DNA of 64,000 nt from Lama glama (taxonomy: Eukaryota), in contig CM052817.1 in the NCBI GenBank assembly GCA_028534125.1, positions 34,412,001 to 34,476,000 on the forward strand, written 5' to 3'. Positions 12,325-24,279 of the stretch are shown here, in pieces. Position 1 is the first letter of the stretch. Each line of letters starts with the position of its first letter. The position numbers were made by a program, and so were the translations under genes. The notes under the pieces were generated by a model that was given only the letters and a program-made list of their open reading frames with translations, was not told the DNA's origin and ran no database searches.

Positions 12325-14724
12325 AAAGACGTGTTTGGTTTTTTCCACGAAGATTTTGACATCTGTTCATCATGGGTTATTATTATCACCATTAAAAACA
12401 GTAACAATGATATATTTTTACCTGAAAGTTTCCATCTCTTCTAGGTATTTTTCCTTAGTTTTGGAGCTTGGGCTGGAGATTTAAAATGTAAATTGGATTA
12501 GTTTTCCCTTCTGTTCATCTACCAGTTTATCACTTAAAACTTCAGAGAGTTAGGGACAGGGGAGTATTGGGAGGTGAGGAGCAGAGCGGTTAAAAATAAG
12601 ACTATAGAGATACATATTCTATAATCACTTGAAAGTAGGATGAGGGCAGAACAGGAAATAGTAATGGAAGTTCCCAAGCCAGAACTACAAACTTTCACCT
12701 TGACCACTGAGGACTGGAAAACGAAAGATGGTTATAGATAAGCCAAGCTTTTTTCCCATACATTTCAGATTGACAGTTTCGGACCTCACAAGGCTAGCAG
12801 ACCAGACGAGGCTACTCCCTAGACTCTGGGTGGGAAGCCTTTCTTTCAAAATTGAAAGAGGGGGGAAAAAAAAGAAGGAAACCTCATTATGTTCAGTCTT
12901 TAAGCTCTTGAGTAAAACTGTCACTCAAACGTGCTTGTTCCTGATAAGGAAATCGATTTGCCTAGAGGTGCGCTAAGATCTAAGTTTCTCCTTCTAGAGC
13001 CAGTAAGCAGTCACCCCTTAATGAGCAATGATTTTCCACACTAATCAACAGAACATAATTACAGCAACTAACTCAAACACAAGCCTTTTATTAAATTAGT
13101 TATTGATTCAAAAATCTATTCCTAAAAATCTAGATTTTCACGTTTTTATTCAAAATGTTTAATTTTCCACCACCACAGATCACCAAGAATTCAAAAATAT
13201 TGGTCATCTTCCACAAACATTTAACTGAATTATATCACTAGCAAGCGCAGATAATTTTTCATGAACTTAGAGTCGGGTCTGTTTTTATTCCTGGCCACAG
13301 TCCATGAAGCTGGATTTAGCTGACCCTCTCTCTCAGATATGAAGGCAACTCACCAGGTAAGAAAAATGGGGTTTGTCTCCAGACACAAAAAGGAGAAAGA
13401 AAGTGGCTGGAACTTCAGGGGCTGATGCAATTGTAAAAACACAAACAAAACTCTTGATAGAAGTTAAGTTGATGAGCAGAAGAAGCCACAGACGGTTTGA
13501 GTGATTGCCAGGTGTATCAATCTTTCATTCTATTTTCAGGCATTTACTGTGTGCCTACTATACGCTGAGCTCATCTGGAGCTGAGCAGGCTTAACCCCAC
13601 TGCAGAGTTACAGGCAACCCAAAGAACGATCACTCAAGTAATCAGTGTGGTGCTGATAACAAGTCTGATTCATAATAACTGCTCCCTGCCTACGAGAAAG
13701 GGATTTTTCTGCTGTAAAGTGAACTCAGAATATAGGTCATTTTCCCCCGATATCTCAGATAATAAAATTTACTTCAATATTTCTATGGTTTAGATTTCTT
13801 TCAGGTACAGAGTGAAGACCTAAACCCAGTATTTTTGTATTACGGCCAAAAAAAAAAAAGCTAAATGAAATATCAATATTTCTCCCTATCTACCTTACTT
13901 TTCCATGCAGATTCCTACTGTACAGAAAATTCAGCATAAATCACTTGACCCTCTCTTCTAAAATATGTCCTGATTGGGAGGAAAAAAAGCAAATATCGTG
14001 AGCAGTGGCTTAGGTATACAGTATGCTGCTCAGAGAGCTAAGGTTTTAATGTGATTTTGTCATTGAAGCTTGGAATCTAAACTATGAGGATGGGAGGAGG
14101 CAGGATTCATGATGGTCATGGTGTACCCCAGGTCCCAGCATGAACATAATTACAGGAGTTGTTAAGGTCATAGAAAATGTTTGCTATTCTGGAAACCTTT
14201 GTTCTTCCTGGCATTTCCACAAACCCCAGTATATGTTCAGTTCCCTTTTATGGAAACAGCATAATGCTCTTAGCCACAAGTCATTAAAAGACCACAGAGG
14301 ACAATTTTAGTGTCAGTTTTCATTCTCATCCCAATGACCCTCAGTCTTGTCATCTTTATTAAAACATCAATCACCCACTCAATTCCCTCTGCCCTTCCGA
14401 TGAGGAAAAGCAATTCCCTAGAGGAAACAGAAGGAAAAACAAAACCGATGGGGCATTTGAAGAAGAGATGAGATCAAAATGGGTGAACAGAAGGTTCATA
14501 GTCCCTCAACCCAAGAAATAATCAGGCCAACTAGGAAAATCCACCCTTCAGTTAAAATCTGTGGCAAAATGGAACAAGGCAGCTTTGCCACAAAGCCTGC
14601 ACGACTGGCTTCCACAAGACCTGGTAGGTTAGGATTGGTAGAAGAGAGGCTAAAAATTAAAGAAGAATGTTAATAAATAATTGTGTTTGGGAAAACTTTG
14701 TTCCATTCCATAAAACCAGTCATT

Positions 14725-14935
14725 GTAATTATTACTAACATTTAGTCAGTGCTTAGTAAATGCCAGGCACCACATTAAGCCCTTTGCACAGGTCATCATA
14801 TTTAATCCTCACAAAACCCTATGAGGAATGTACTATCAGTATGTCCACTTGATGTATGAGCACAGTGACACACACAGAAATGAAGGAACTTGCACAAGGT
14901 CAAGAAGCTAGTAAGTTCCAGATTCTAACCCCCAA
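14725..14935 (-). mobile_element. MIR SINE
   Basis: aacatttag...tgccaggcac...tttaatcctcacaaaaccctatgagg...aacttgcacaaggtca. Confidence 0.85.
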
Positions 14936-14984
14936 GCCCCAATAGTCAACTCTAGCCTAGAAGTCTGGCCTCTTTCCAGAGGAA

Positions 14985-15560
14985 TTAGTCCAGTTATTTA
15001 TTGCTATGTAATAAAGCACTCCAAAACATAATGGCTTAAAACTCTAATTTATTCTTCTCCCTCATGGTTCTGCGGGTTGAGTGAGCTCAGTGAGGCAGAT
15101 ATTGATTAAGGTCTCTCACATAGTTACAGTCATAGACGATGGCTGGGTTAAAAGGTATCTGACTGGGCTGGTCATTTAGATGACGAGGCTGGGCTGGATA
15201 TCCAAGATGGTGCACTCGCATGGCTGCCAGGTGATGCTAGCTGTCAGCTGGAAGCCCAGGTAGGGCTACTAATCAGAGCACCAATACATGACTATTCATG
15301 TAACTTGGGCTTCTCAAGGCAGCTGGGTTCCAAAAGGGAGAGTTTGGAAAAGCGAGCATCCAAAGAACAAGCATTCCAAAAGAGCCAAGCAGAGGCTGCC
15401 AAGTTTCATACTCAAAGTAGTCTCAAAGTTCTGCAGCACCACTGCCACCAAATTCTACTGGTCAACAGTGAGTACCAGACACAGTTAAATGCAAGAGGAG
15501 AATACTATAAAGGGTACAAATTCTAAGAGGCTTTGGGTTGATCTTTGGAGACTAACTACT
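14985..15560 (-). mobile_element. MLT1-type (MaLR, G/H-like) solo LTR
   Basis: tattgctatgtaataaagcactccaaaacataatggcttaaaac...ctggatatccaagatgg...gctgtcagctgg. Confidence 0.75.
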
Positions 15561-15859
15561 CTTATAGTTCATTTTATAAAGAAAAAAGCCAAGGAGGAAT
15601 TAAATCAATTACTAAGAACTTCAGCAGATCAGCAGCCTCAAAGCTCTAGCTCCTGGGAATCTTCCCCAGTCCACTCTGCTCAGTAGTGGGGCCTTTGCCC
15701 AGCAAGGTCCTGTATCCAGGAATATATGGTCCTAATAGTTCTATACCTAGGCAGGAAGACAATATGAGGAAGGGATAGGAAGGAGCGAAAAGGCATAGAA
15801 CAAAGATTATTTTCATTGCACAGTACCTGTCTCAGATTAGATATACAGTAATACCTGCT

Positions 15860-15925
15860 GGGTGGATGGGTTGGTAGGTGGGTAAGTGGGGGGCTGGATG
15901 GATGGATTGATAGACAGACAGCTGG
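15860..15925. repeat. Degenerate (TGGA/TGGG/GACA)n simple repeat
   Basis: ggtggatgggttggtaggtggg...ggatggatggattgatagacagaca. Confidence 0.7.
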
Positions 15926-17341
15926 ACAGGTTTTAGTTGCAAATCTTTTTCTTCCAGCAGGTGTCAGAAGATGGAATCTCACTTCCACCTTAGGAAGCTC
16001 TAGCCCTTCCATACTCCTTAAGCAGAGAGAGCAGTAGACCATCTCTTTCCTCCCTGCAAATGCTCTTTCAATCTCAGTTTGTTCTCTCAACATGTATTTT
16101 CCTCTTTCTTCCTTCATCTGCCACAGAATATTTAAAAGGAGAGACCAACAGCCAAGGGAGATAATTGTAGGCTCTTAGTCTATGAAGAGGGGCCTTCCTT
16201 TCATCTTTAATTCCAAGAATATGGTCCTGTCCTCCAGTTCCTACATCTAGCGTCAGCCTAGTGTCAAGACTCCAGGAGTCTTCCCCCAGCTTGCTGCTCT
16301 CCTGTCAGAGGAGGCTGAGTGGGGCTTTTCCCGCTGCCCTGGAACAGGGACTAGGGTTCATGGCTGAGGACAAAAAGGACCTAAATACACCATACGCTAC
16401 AGTGAACCAGGACAAAGGGCTTTCTGAAAATCACCAGAACTATCAATTTTCTACTACCATCACCGCCACCCTAACCACCCCCCACCCTAAATGCACAAAA
16501 CCATTTTCAATGTAATCTAAGAAGGAAAGAGGGAGGATACAGGGCTGGAATTGAGGGCTACCAACCTCATGGGTCCTTGGTGAGAGACACATTTATACAA
16601 GACTGAGAGGTGTGCTTCCTCACTCCTCATAAAGCCAAGAGATGGGCAAAGTTGCAGGATAATCACTTTTAAAGACTAAGGGTAAATGAAAAAGAAGAAA
16701 CTGATAGATGCCCTTGATAGATGCTCATCGAGCTGTACAATCTTAAGTTCCATACTGAGGTTGCCATCCAAGTGGAGTGACGTCTCCTGAGAGAGCTTGA
16801 TATGTTCTAGAGTTTGAAGACATCCATGAAGGTACACCCTGGTGTCTGATGCCCTTCTGGAGATTTGTGAAAGCAAAGTCCTTGCTAGGTAGTTCTGGGA
16901 AGAAGATGGAGACAAGAACCTATCACAAGAGTACTCTGGTAGCTCATGGCTACTACATGGGACATGGAGTTAGAGGGAGGAGCAGGATTTGGTAGTTCAG
17001 GGGACTTTCAGTAAAGGAACATGAACCCCCACTCACCCTAGGGCTACTCCTTTCCCTGAGAAAGTGCTGGTGGCATGGGTCACTGCTGGGAGTAAAGGAA
17101 GGCACAGCTACCCTCTCTAAGGTGGTCCTCAACAATAGAATGGTCCAGAAGATGACAACATCCTTAAATCTCCAAACACATCATCTTTTACAGAGACTAC
17201 CACCCAGTAACAGAAAGATCCAGATGAACCCAGACCCAACGAAAGGACAAGCAGTGATTCCTTCCCATCACTGACTCAGGCCTAGAAATCTAAGATCTTG
17301 CTCCTCCATCCCTCCTCCTTGGCCCCAATCCAAGAAGGTTC

Positions 17342-17545
17342 CAGTGGCTCTCAACCAGGGCAGAATGGCTGCTGTAGGGGGTGTTTGGAAAAATGTTGTG
17401 TGTCATAAAAACTGAAGGGTGCTATGGGAATTTGTGTGGGGATGGAGGTGGGGAATGTTCATAGTCTGCAATGTACAGAACTGGTCTCCCCTAAGAACTG
17501 TTCCACCCAAAATGACAACAGGATGCCCCATGGAGAAACACCCTG
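17342..17545 (+). mobile_element. MER20-like hAT-Charlie non-autonomous DNA transposon
   Basis: Termini cagtggctctcaacc ... ggagaaacaccctg; internal aagaactgttccacccaaaatgacaa. Confidence 0.65.
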
Positions 17546-18695
17546 GTAGACCCAGGAGAGGAAGGAGGTGAGTATCTCAGGGTAGATTGTTTCTCCTCAT
17601 CCCTGACTTCTGGCTACCTTGCCCATCACCCCTTCTCCATTCCAAGGTGCTGGATTTGTGGAAACACGAAAAGTCAGTTTATATGCTCCTGCCCTAGATC
17701 TCCCAGGGCTCAGGTTAAACCTGTGGTTTGGAAGAGGGAGGACATTAGATTTAAATTGTCTGAGATGGACACTTTAAACCACAACACACTAAAATTTTCG
17801 TAACTGAAAGAGAGCAGAAAGTTAGGGAATCTGCCAAAGATGTTAAAGGGTGGGAAATGGGAATTCAGCTGTACGTTACAGAAATCAATAATTGGAAGAA
17901 ACACAAACATTCCGTGTTTATGCCCTGCTTAGTTAAAACTCCTCAGCCGCTGCCTCCGTAAAGGGGGGGTGGGGTCAGAGTTTTCAAACACGCAAAGGAA
18001 GGAAGGTCACAGAGAATGTTTCTGTCTGCCTTACTGACCACTGCAGATAAGCAGCTGCTGCTCACGCTGCTTGGAACTTTACATCCTGTTTCCGCCAAGG
18101 GCTCTGGGTGGAGCCCATGGTTGCCATCGAGGGCCATGGCAGTTGGATGGAAAGCGGGTTGGAAGCCTGGTAGGGGTGCCTGCCCAGGGACACAGATGTT
18201 GCACTCCTGCTACAGTAACAATGGCTAAGTAATCATCATGAGATGGGCTTTCCTCTCCCCATGCCATGGCAGGTGCTTGATAGTAGAGCCCACTGCCAGA
18301 TGACCTGAGAGGGAAAATGCCCAGGTCAGGGCAAGCTGGGCTGGGATGAGGAGGCCTGGGGAGCACGCACCTCTGATACAGATGCAGTTCACTCTGTTGG
18401 GGCTGTCTCGGCTCACACAATGTCCAGCTCGAATCCCATCTTTCCTTGGGATTCTTCCTAACTCCCTTCCTCTCAGTCCCTTTCACCCACACCTCGAGAA
18501 ACAAAGAATTGGAAAGTGCCCCTATTAATATCACATCAAAAATACCTCACCTAATAAAAAATGCTAGTTGGTATAGGCTTTCACAGGACAATTTAGCAAT
18601 ACCTATTAAATTTTACTTGTGCTTACCTTCGGACCCAGTGCTTTTTGCAGGCATTTACCCTGTGGGCGTGTCATTCCTCATGCTTAGAGCCCTAG

Positions 18696-18698
<3 letters not shown>

Positions 18699-18766
<68 letters not shown>
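18699..18766. repeat. Perfect (TG)34 microsatellite
   Basis: Uninterrupted TG run of 68 bp. Confidence 0.98.
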
Positions 18767-18771
<5 letters not shown>

Positions 18772-19019
18772 TAATTATATCTTTCCTGCTATTTAAGAAA
18801 AAATGTTATAAAATTTTTCAGCACACCATTGGAGGTAAAATGTGGCATGCTCTCTGTGCCTCATTGCGCTCTGAGCCGCATCACTCTCTTAACTTATTTT
18901 ATTCTATTGTGCCTCCTTTTCCCCACCATATCCTCACTTTTGTCTCCTGCCCTACTCTAATGTTTATAGGAAATGTCCTTGCATCTGTATGTATTATTGA
19001 AAGATAACGTTTATCTGTA

Positions 19020-19710
19020 TGTTCTTATTTTTCATATTGCAAATGGTATTGCATAAATTATTCACTTTCTTCCTTTTTTCATTTTGTTTTTAAGTCCTTG
19101 TTAAACCCTGGGTCCATCTAGTTCACTGAATTGTGACTGCCGTCCAGTAAGTGTTCTAGACCAGATGTCCACCTTGCTTTACTTATCCATTCTCATTGTG
19201 ATAGACAAGTCCCTCCTAACTCCCTACCACCAAAAACGATTGCCCAAAAAACCCCAACCAAACCAAACCAAACAAAAACTCCTATGTAGTCCTTTACAGG
19301 CCTGTGTGAGAGTCCCTCTGGGGCATATGTCTAGAATAGGTATTTGTGTGTAACAGGGAAAATGCTTTCTTCTCAGTTTCACTAAGGAGCACCAGATTGC
19401 CTTCTAGAAAGGCTGCACCCACTCACATTCACATCAGCAGCGCATAAAGGTTGCTCTTTCCCCACGTGAAATTATCTCACCAAATAGGCCACCAATGTAG
19501 AATTATTAAGCCTTGCCACTTTTGTTCATTTTATTGTTATAAAGAGGTATCTCACTGCTTAATTTGCAGTTCTTATTTCAACAAGATTCCTGCTCCTTTG
19601 TATGTGATCTGCTTTTTCTTTCTGGAAGACCTGAGAATTTTTTTATCTTTGTCTTTGAGGATCTTTATTTTCATCATAACATACCTAATTGATGGGTGTC
19701 CTATTCTCAA
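19020..19710 (-). mobile_element. Ancient L1 fragments including an ORF1 remnant
   Basis: Minus-strand translation RYVMMKIKILKDKDKKILRSSRKKKQITYKG resembles the L1 ORF1p motif RHII-KF---DKEKILKAAREK-QITYKG; adjacent antisense L1 3' sequence. Confidence 0.65.
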
Positions 19711-20049
19711 AGATCTGGAAGAATAAGTGGCCAAGACTACCCATATGTTTCTAATAGTGAACAGATCTGAGAAGGCATTCATCTTCCATTCAAATCGACT
19801 GCATAATGCTGAAATCCCTTGAACAAAATCTTTGTCCAGCACGAACCCAGTCTTGGTTTGGTACGTCCAGTTGCTCGCTCTGAGAATTCTCACCATAGTG
19901 ATGGGCATTTCAGATTGTTGTTCCCATCTTCCTTATGCTGAGTTCACGTGCTTGTCCTCGGTGCAGCAGCTGGCAAACAGTAGGTCTCGATAAGTAAGTG
20001 CTTCCTTCCCTTCCTATTTGCCGGTCCACTGTCATGGGCTACAAATCCC

Positions 20050-20410
20050 CCAGCAACCCTTTACATATCTGAAAACAGCCTTCACGTCTCTCTCAGTGTC
20101 CTCTTCTTCCAGCTGGACACCTGCTGCCCTCAATACACCTCACACATCTGATTTTTTAAGCCACTAAACCTCCTGTTGGTTCTTTCAGCAAACACGCTGA
20201 TTTGAAAGACCCCTAACATGGCTTGAAACCTGGTAACCAAAAACGGGACCTCTAAGTAATTCTAAACAGAACAAAGCACAGTAGGTCCACGCTCTCCTAT
20301 GATCTCCCCGTAACTCTGCTACACAAACTAAGGACACTGTCCCTTCTTAATAGCAGCAGCTGTCCAGCTCAAACCCCCAGGCCTTTTCACATGAATGGTG
20401 GTTTACACCC
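20050..20410 (-). mobile_element. L3/CR1 LINE fragment
   Basis: cccttta...ctgaaaacagc...tctcttcttccagctggacac...aaacccccaggccttttcacatgaa follows the antisense CR1/L3 ORF2 3' region. Confidence 0.6.
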
Positions 20411-21369
20411 GTAGAATTTATCCTGGGGACTGCTTGGACGGTTCAGAGAGCAAACCGAAATCAAAATCTGTGACTCAATCTGCCCTTCAAGTGCTCTCCT
20501 CCAATTTAATTAATTTATCTTCTGATTTTTCTCCCTTCTCTCCTCCTTTTAGCCACTATATGGCTGTAGAACTAGATAGACAAGGGTTCAAATCCTGCCC
20601 CTGCCTCTTCCTAATTCTGCAGCCTTAGGAAAATGATTTATTCTTTCTGAATTTTTGTCACTTTGACTGTTTTGGAAATAAGAACCTTTTCTTCATAGTG
20701 TGAAGTGGTATCAAGATTAAATCTTGAGATCTAATATTATACAACATCCAACACATAGAAGCCCCTCAGCATGCTAGTTCTTCTCCACTCTCGCCTTTCC
20801 TGCCTGGATCTCAAAAGGGAAAAGAAAGCATCCAATTCCTCCCAGATACGTAGTCTAGATTCCTGATTCCCACCACAAAACCTCCCCATCTGCTTCCATA
20901 TTTCCTCACCTCTGTGCTCTCCAGTACAAGACACATTAACTGACTCCAGATGGCGCAGGAAGAAGTCACAGTGGATCAAGGTGTTCCTCTTCCAGGCGAC
21001 ATGTGCAGCTTCACAGAAGTTTCCCAGATTCTCAATGCCTGAATGCTTTTAGGATCAAAGCCAGAGTGCAGGGTACAAAGTCGGGCAGACAGGATTCTCC
21101 CCACCTCGGGGGTTTGATGTTGGCACAGCACGGCTGTGATATGACTCAGTGGGAGATGGCAGAGATGAGAGCACTCGACTGAGAAGCCACGCTAGTCTGG
21201 CAGCCACCACGGAGGTTTGAGGAGCTCTGCACAGCTCAGAGGAGCCCAGAGCTCTCATGTCAGATACTACTGCTCAGAGCTCCAGCCACGTGTTTGCAAT
21301 CACACACGAGGTTGCCCTGAACATTGTCAGAAACTGCTGAGGGGAAGATGGAGGGCTGCAGCAAACAGG

Positions 21370-21863
21370 TTTTTTTTAATGTATTATCCTTTTTATTTTT
21401 ATTTTTTTACTGAACTATAGTTGGTTTACAATGTTTCAGATGTACAGCAAAGTGATTCAGTTATATAGAGAGATACTATATATATACTTTTTCAGATTAT
21501 TTTCCATTATATGTTACTATAAGAAATTGAATATAGTTTCTGTGCTATACAGTAGGTCCTTATTTATCTATTTTATATATAGTAGTGTGTATATGCTAAT
21601 TCCAAATTCCTAATTTATCCCACCACCCCCCCATCATCCTTTCCCCTTTGGTAACCATAAGTTTGTTTTCTATGTTGGTGAGTCTATTTCAGGTGTGTCA
21701 ATAAGTTCATTTGTATCATTTTTTTTAGATTCCACATATAAGTGATATCATGATATTTGGTTTTCTCTGTCTCACATACTTCACTTTGTATGATACCTCT
21801 AGGTCCATCCATGTTGCTGTAAATGGCATTATTTCATACTTTTATATGGTCTAGTTATATTCC

Positions 21864-21900
<37 letters not shown>

Positions 21901-23160
21901 CACATCTTTATCCATTCATCTGTCAATAAGTTGCTTCCATGTCTTGGCTATTGTAAAATAGTGCTGCTATGCACATTAGGGTGCATGTATTTTTTTGAAT
22001 TTGAGTTTTCATCTTTTCCAGATATATGCCCAGGAGTAGGATTGCTGGATCATATGGTAAGTCTACTTTTAGTTTTTTAAGGAAACTCCATGCTGTTCTC
22101 CATAGTGACTGCACCAACTTACATTCCCACCACAGTGTAAAAGGGTTCCTTTTTCTCCACACCCTCACCAGTATTTATTAATTGTAGACTTTTAGTTTTG
22201 ATTTGCATTTTTCTAATAATTAGCAATGCTGAGCACCTTTTTGTGTGCCTCTTGGCCATCTGCATGTCTTCTTTGGAGAAATGTCTATTTAGGTCTTCTG
22301 TCCATTTTTTGATTGGGTTGTTTGTTTTTTTGATATTAAGCTGTATGAGCTATTTGTATATATTGGAAATTAATCCCTTGTTGGTCACATCATTTGAAAA
22401 TATTTTTCTCCCATTCCGCAGGTTGTCTTTTCATTTTGTTTATGATTTCTTTTGCTGTGCAAAAGCTTTTAAGTTTAATTAGGTCACATTTGTTTATTTT
22501 TGCTTTTGTTCCCATTACTTAGGAGACAGATTCAAAAAACTATTGCTGTGATTTTTGTCAGAGTGTTCTGCCTATGTTTTCTTCTAGGAGTTTTAGAATA
22601 TCTGATCTTACATTTAGGTCTTTAATCCATTTTGAATTTATTTTTGTATATGGTATTAGAGAATGTTCTAGTTTCATTCTTTTACAGACAGCTGTCCAAT
22701 TTTCACAGCACCACCTATTGAAGAGACAGTCTTTTCTCTATTGTATATTTTTGCCTCCTTTGTCATAGATTAATTGACCATAGTGTGTTGGCTTATTTCT
22801 GGGCTTTCTATGCTGTTCTATTGATGATCTATGTATCTGTTTTTGTGACATTACCATACTTTTTTGATAACTGCAGCTTTGTAGTATACTCTGAAGTCAT
22901 AGAGCATGATTCCTCCAGCTCTGTTCTTCTTTCCCAAGATTGTTTGGGTTATTTGGGGTCATTTGTGTTTCTGTATAAATTTTAAAATTTTTTGTTCCAG
23001 TTCTATGAAAAATGACATTGAGAATTTGATAGGAATTGCATTGACTCTGTAGATTGCCTTGGGTAGAATGGTCATTTTAACAATATTGATTCTTCCAATC
23101 CAAGAACACAGTATCTTTCCAACTGTAAAATTTCTTTCATCAGCATCTCATAGTTTTTAA
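21370..23160 (-). mobile_element. 5'-truncated LINE-1 (ORF2 C-terminus plus 3' UTR)
   Basis: Minus-strand ORF 21923..22168 contains [39 protein letters not shown]-rich tail at the left end; (TG)16 at 21866-21897. Confidence 0.93.
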
Positions 23161-23210
23161 TAGTTTTTGTGGTCTAGCCACTTCCTTCAGCCCACCTAAT
23201 CTGGCACAGC

Positions 23211-23885
23211 TGTAGTGGACAGTGTTCTGTGCAAAGCCAGATTCCAATTCAAGCTCCTACCAAAGCATCCCCAGCTTTTCTGCTCAGGGATTTGCTCTAA
23301 ACCATGGAAGACTACTGAGCCTGCAGGTTGCCATACCCCAGAAGAGAAAGAGAAATAACACCTCCAAAAGCAACCTTCAGCCAATGGGGTATAGAGGTCA
23401 GTGGATAAATGCCCCAGCTTCCTGCCCATTGAAGATTTTTAAGAATTTTTTATTGAGTTATAGTCAGTTTACAATGTTGTGTCAATTTCTGGTGTACAGC
23501 ACAATTTTTCAGTCATACATGAATATATATATATTCATTTCCATATTCTTTTTCACCATGAGCTATGACAAGATCTATATATTTCTCTGTGCTATACAGT
23601 ATAATCTTATTTATCTATTCTATATATACCTGTCAGTATCTACAAATCTCAAATTCCCAGTCTGTCCCTTTGAAGAATTGTTTTGAAGTGCTTTCTACAA
23701 AGTTCTTCAGAGCCCCAGCTGCCCATAGCAGCAACAAGCTCAACAAAATATCTGTATTGTATTTTCTTCCTTCCCTTTCTCATCCTCCCTACTTCTTCAC
23801 TGCTTCCTAGGGTTATCTCCTCCAAAACTCCCTGTACCCTGGTTTGTGTCTCACTCTGTCATTTGGAGATATTCAACCAAGGTCT
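23211..23885 (+). mobile_element. LTR16-type (ERVL) solo LTR, interrupted by an L1 insertion
   Basis: Starts tgtagtggac; cagccaatgg...gtggataaatgccccagcttcct; resumes after 23670 with gagccccagctgcccatagc...tgcttcctaggg. Confidence 0.75.
23441..23669 (-). mobile_element. Short young L1 3' end insertion
   Basis: Reverse complement closely matches 31813-32040; flanked by ttgaaga(a)tt repeats starting at 23429 and 23670. Confidence 0.9.
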
Positions 23886-24029
23886 TACATCAGCTAGAGA
23901 AATGATGACTTTTTTGTTCCTGTTAATATGACACCACTTTATTTTCAAACTGACATGGTCTGAGAGATACAAAAACTTCTTAAACGTTACCTCAGATAAT
24001 GGGTTATTTTGTAACCCCTATTCCACTGC

Positions 24030-24260
24030 CAAAAGAATTCACTGTTCTTCCTTCTGTGAGCTTAAGCATCTTATATATGCTTTTATTACTCATTTTCAAT
24101 ACTGCAACACAATTGCTTGCTAAACATCTGTCTTCTTCTAGATCTAGAAACACTACATCTATATCTTGAAAACTATGTCTGATTCAATTTTGTATCTCTA
24201 GTGCCTCAGCCAGCACCTGGTATATAGTACGATTCAATAAGCAATAGTGAATTAATAAAT
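24030..24260 (+). mobile_element. L2 3' end
   Basis: ttttgtatctctagtgcct...gcacctggtatatagta...ttcaataa...gaattaataaa. Confidence 0.7.
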
Positions 24261-24279
24261 TCCAAAAGATAGTGAGAAG

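Noticed and set aside
18446..19007. Cys-Val repeat ORFs
   Set aside because: Translation of the (TG)34 microsatellite
19573..19908. 111-aa minus-strand ORF ending in an L1 ORF1p-like motif (possible chimeric gene)
   Set aside because: Only the last third or so is L1-like and the rest has no recognisable homology; most simply a chance open frame running into a fossil
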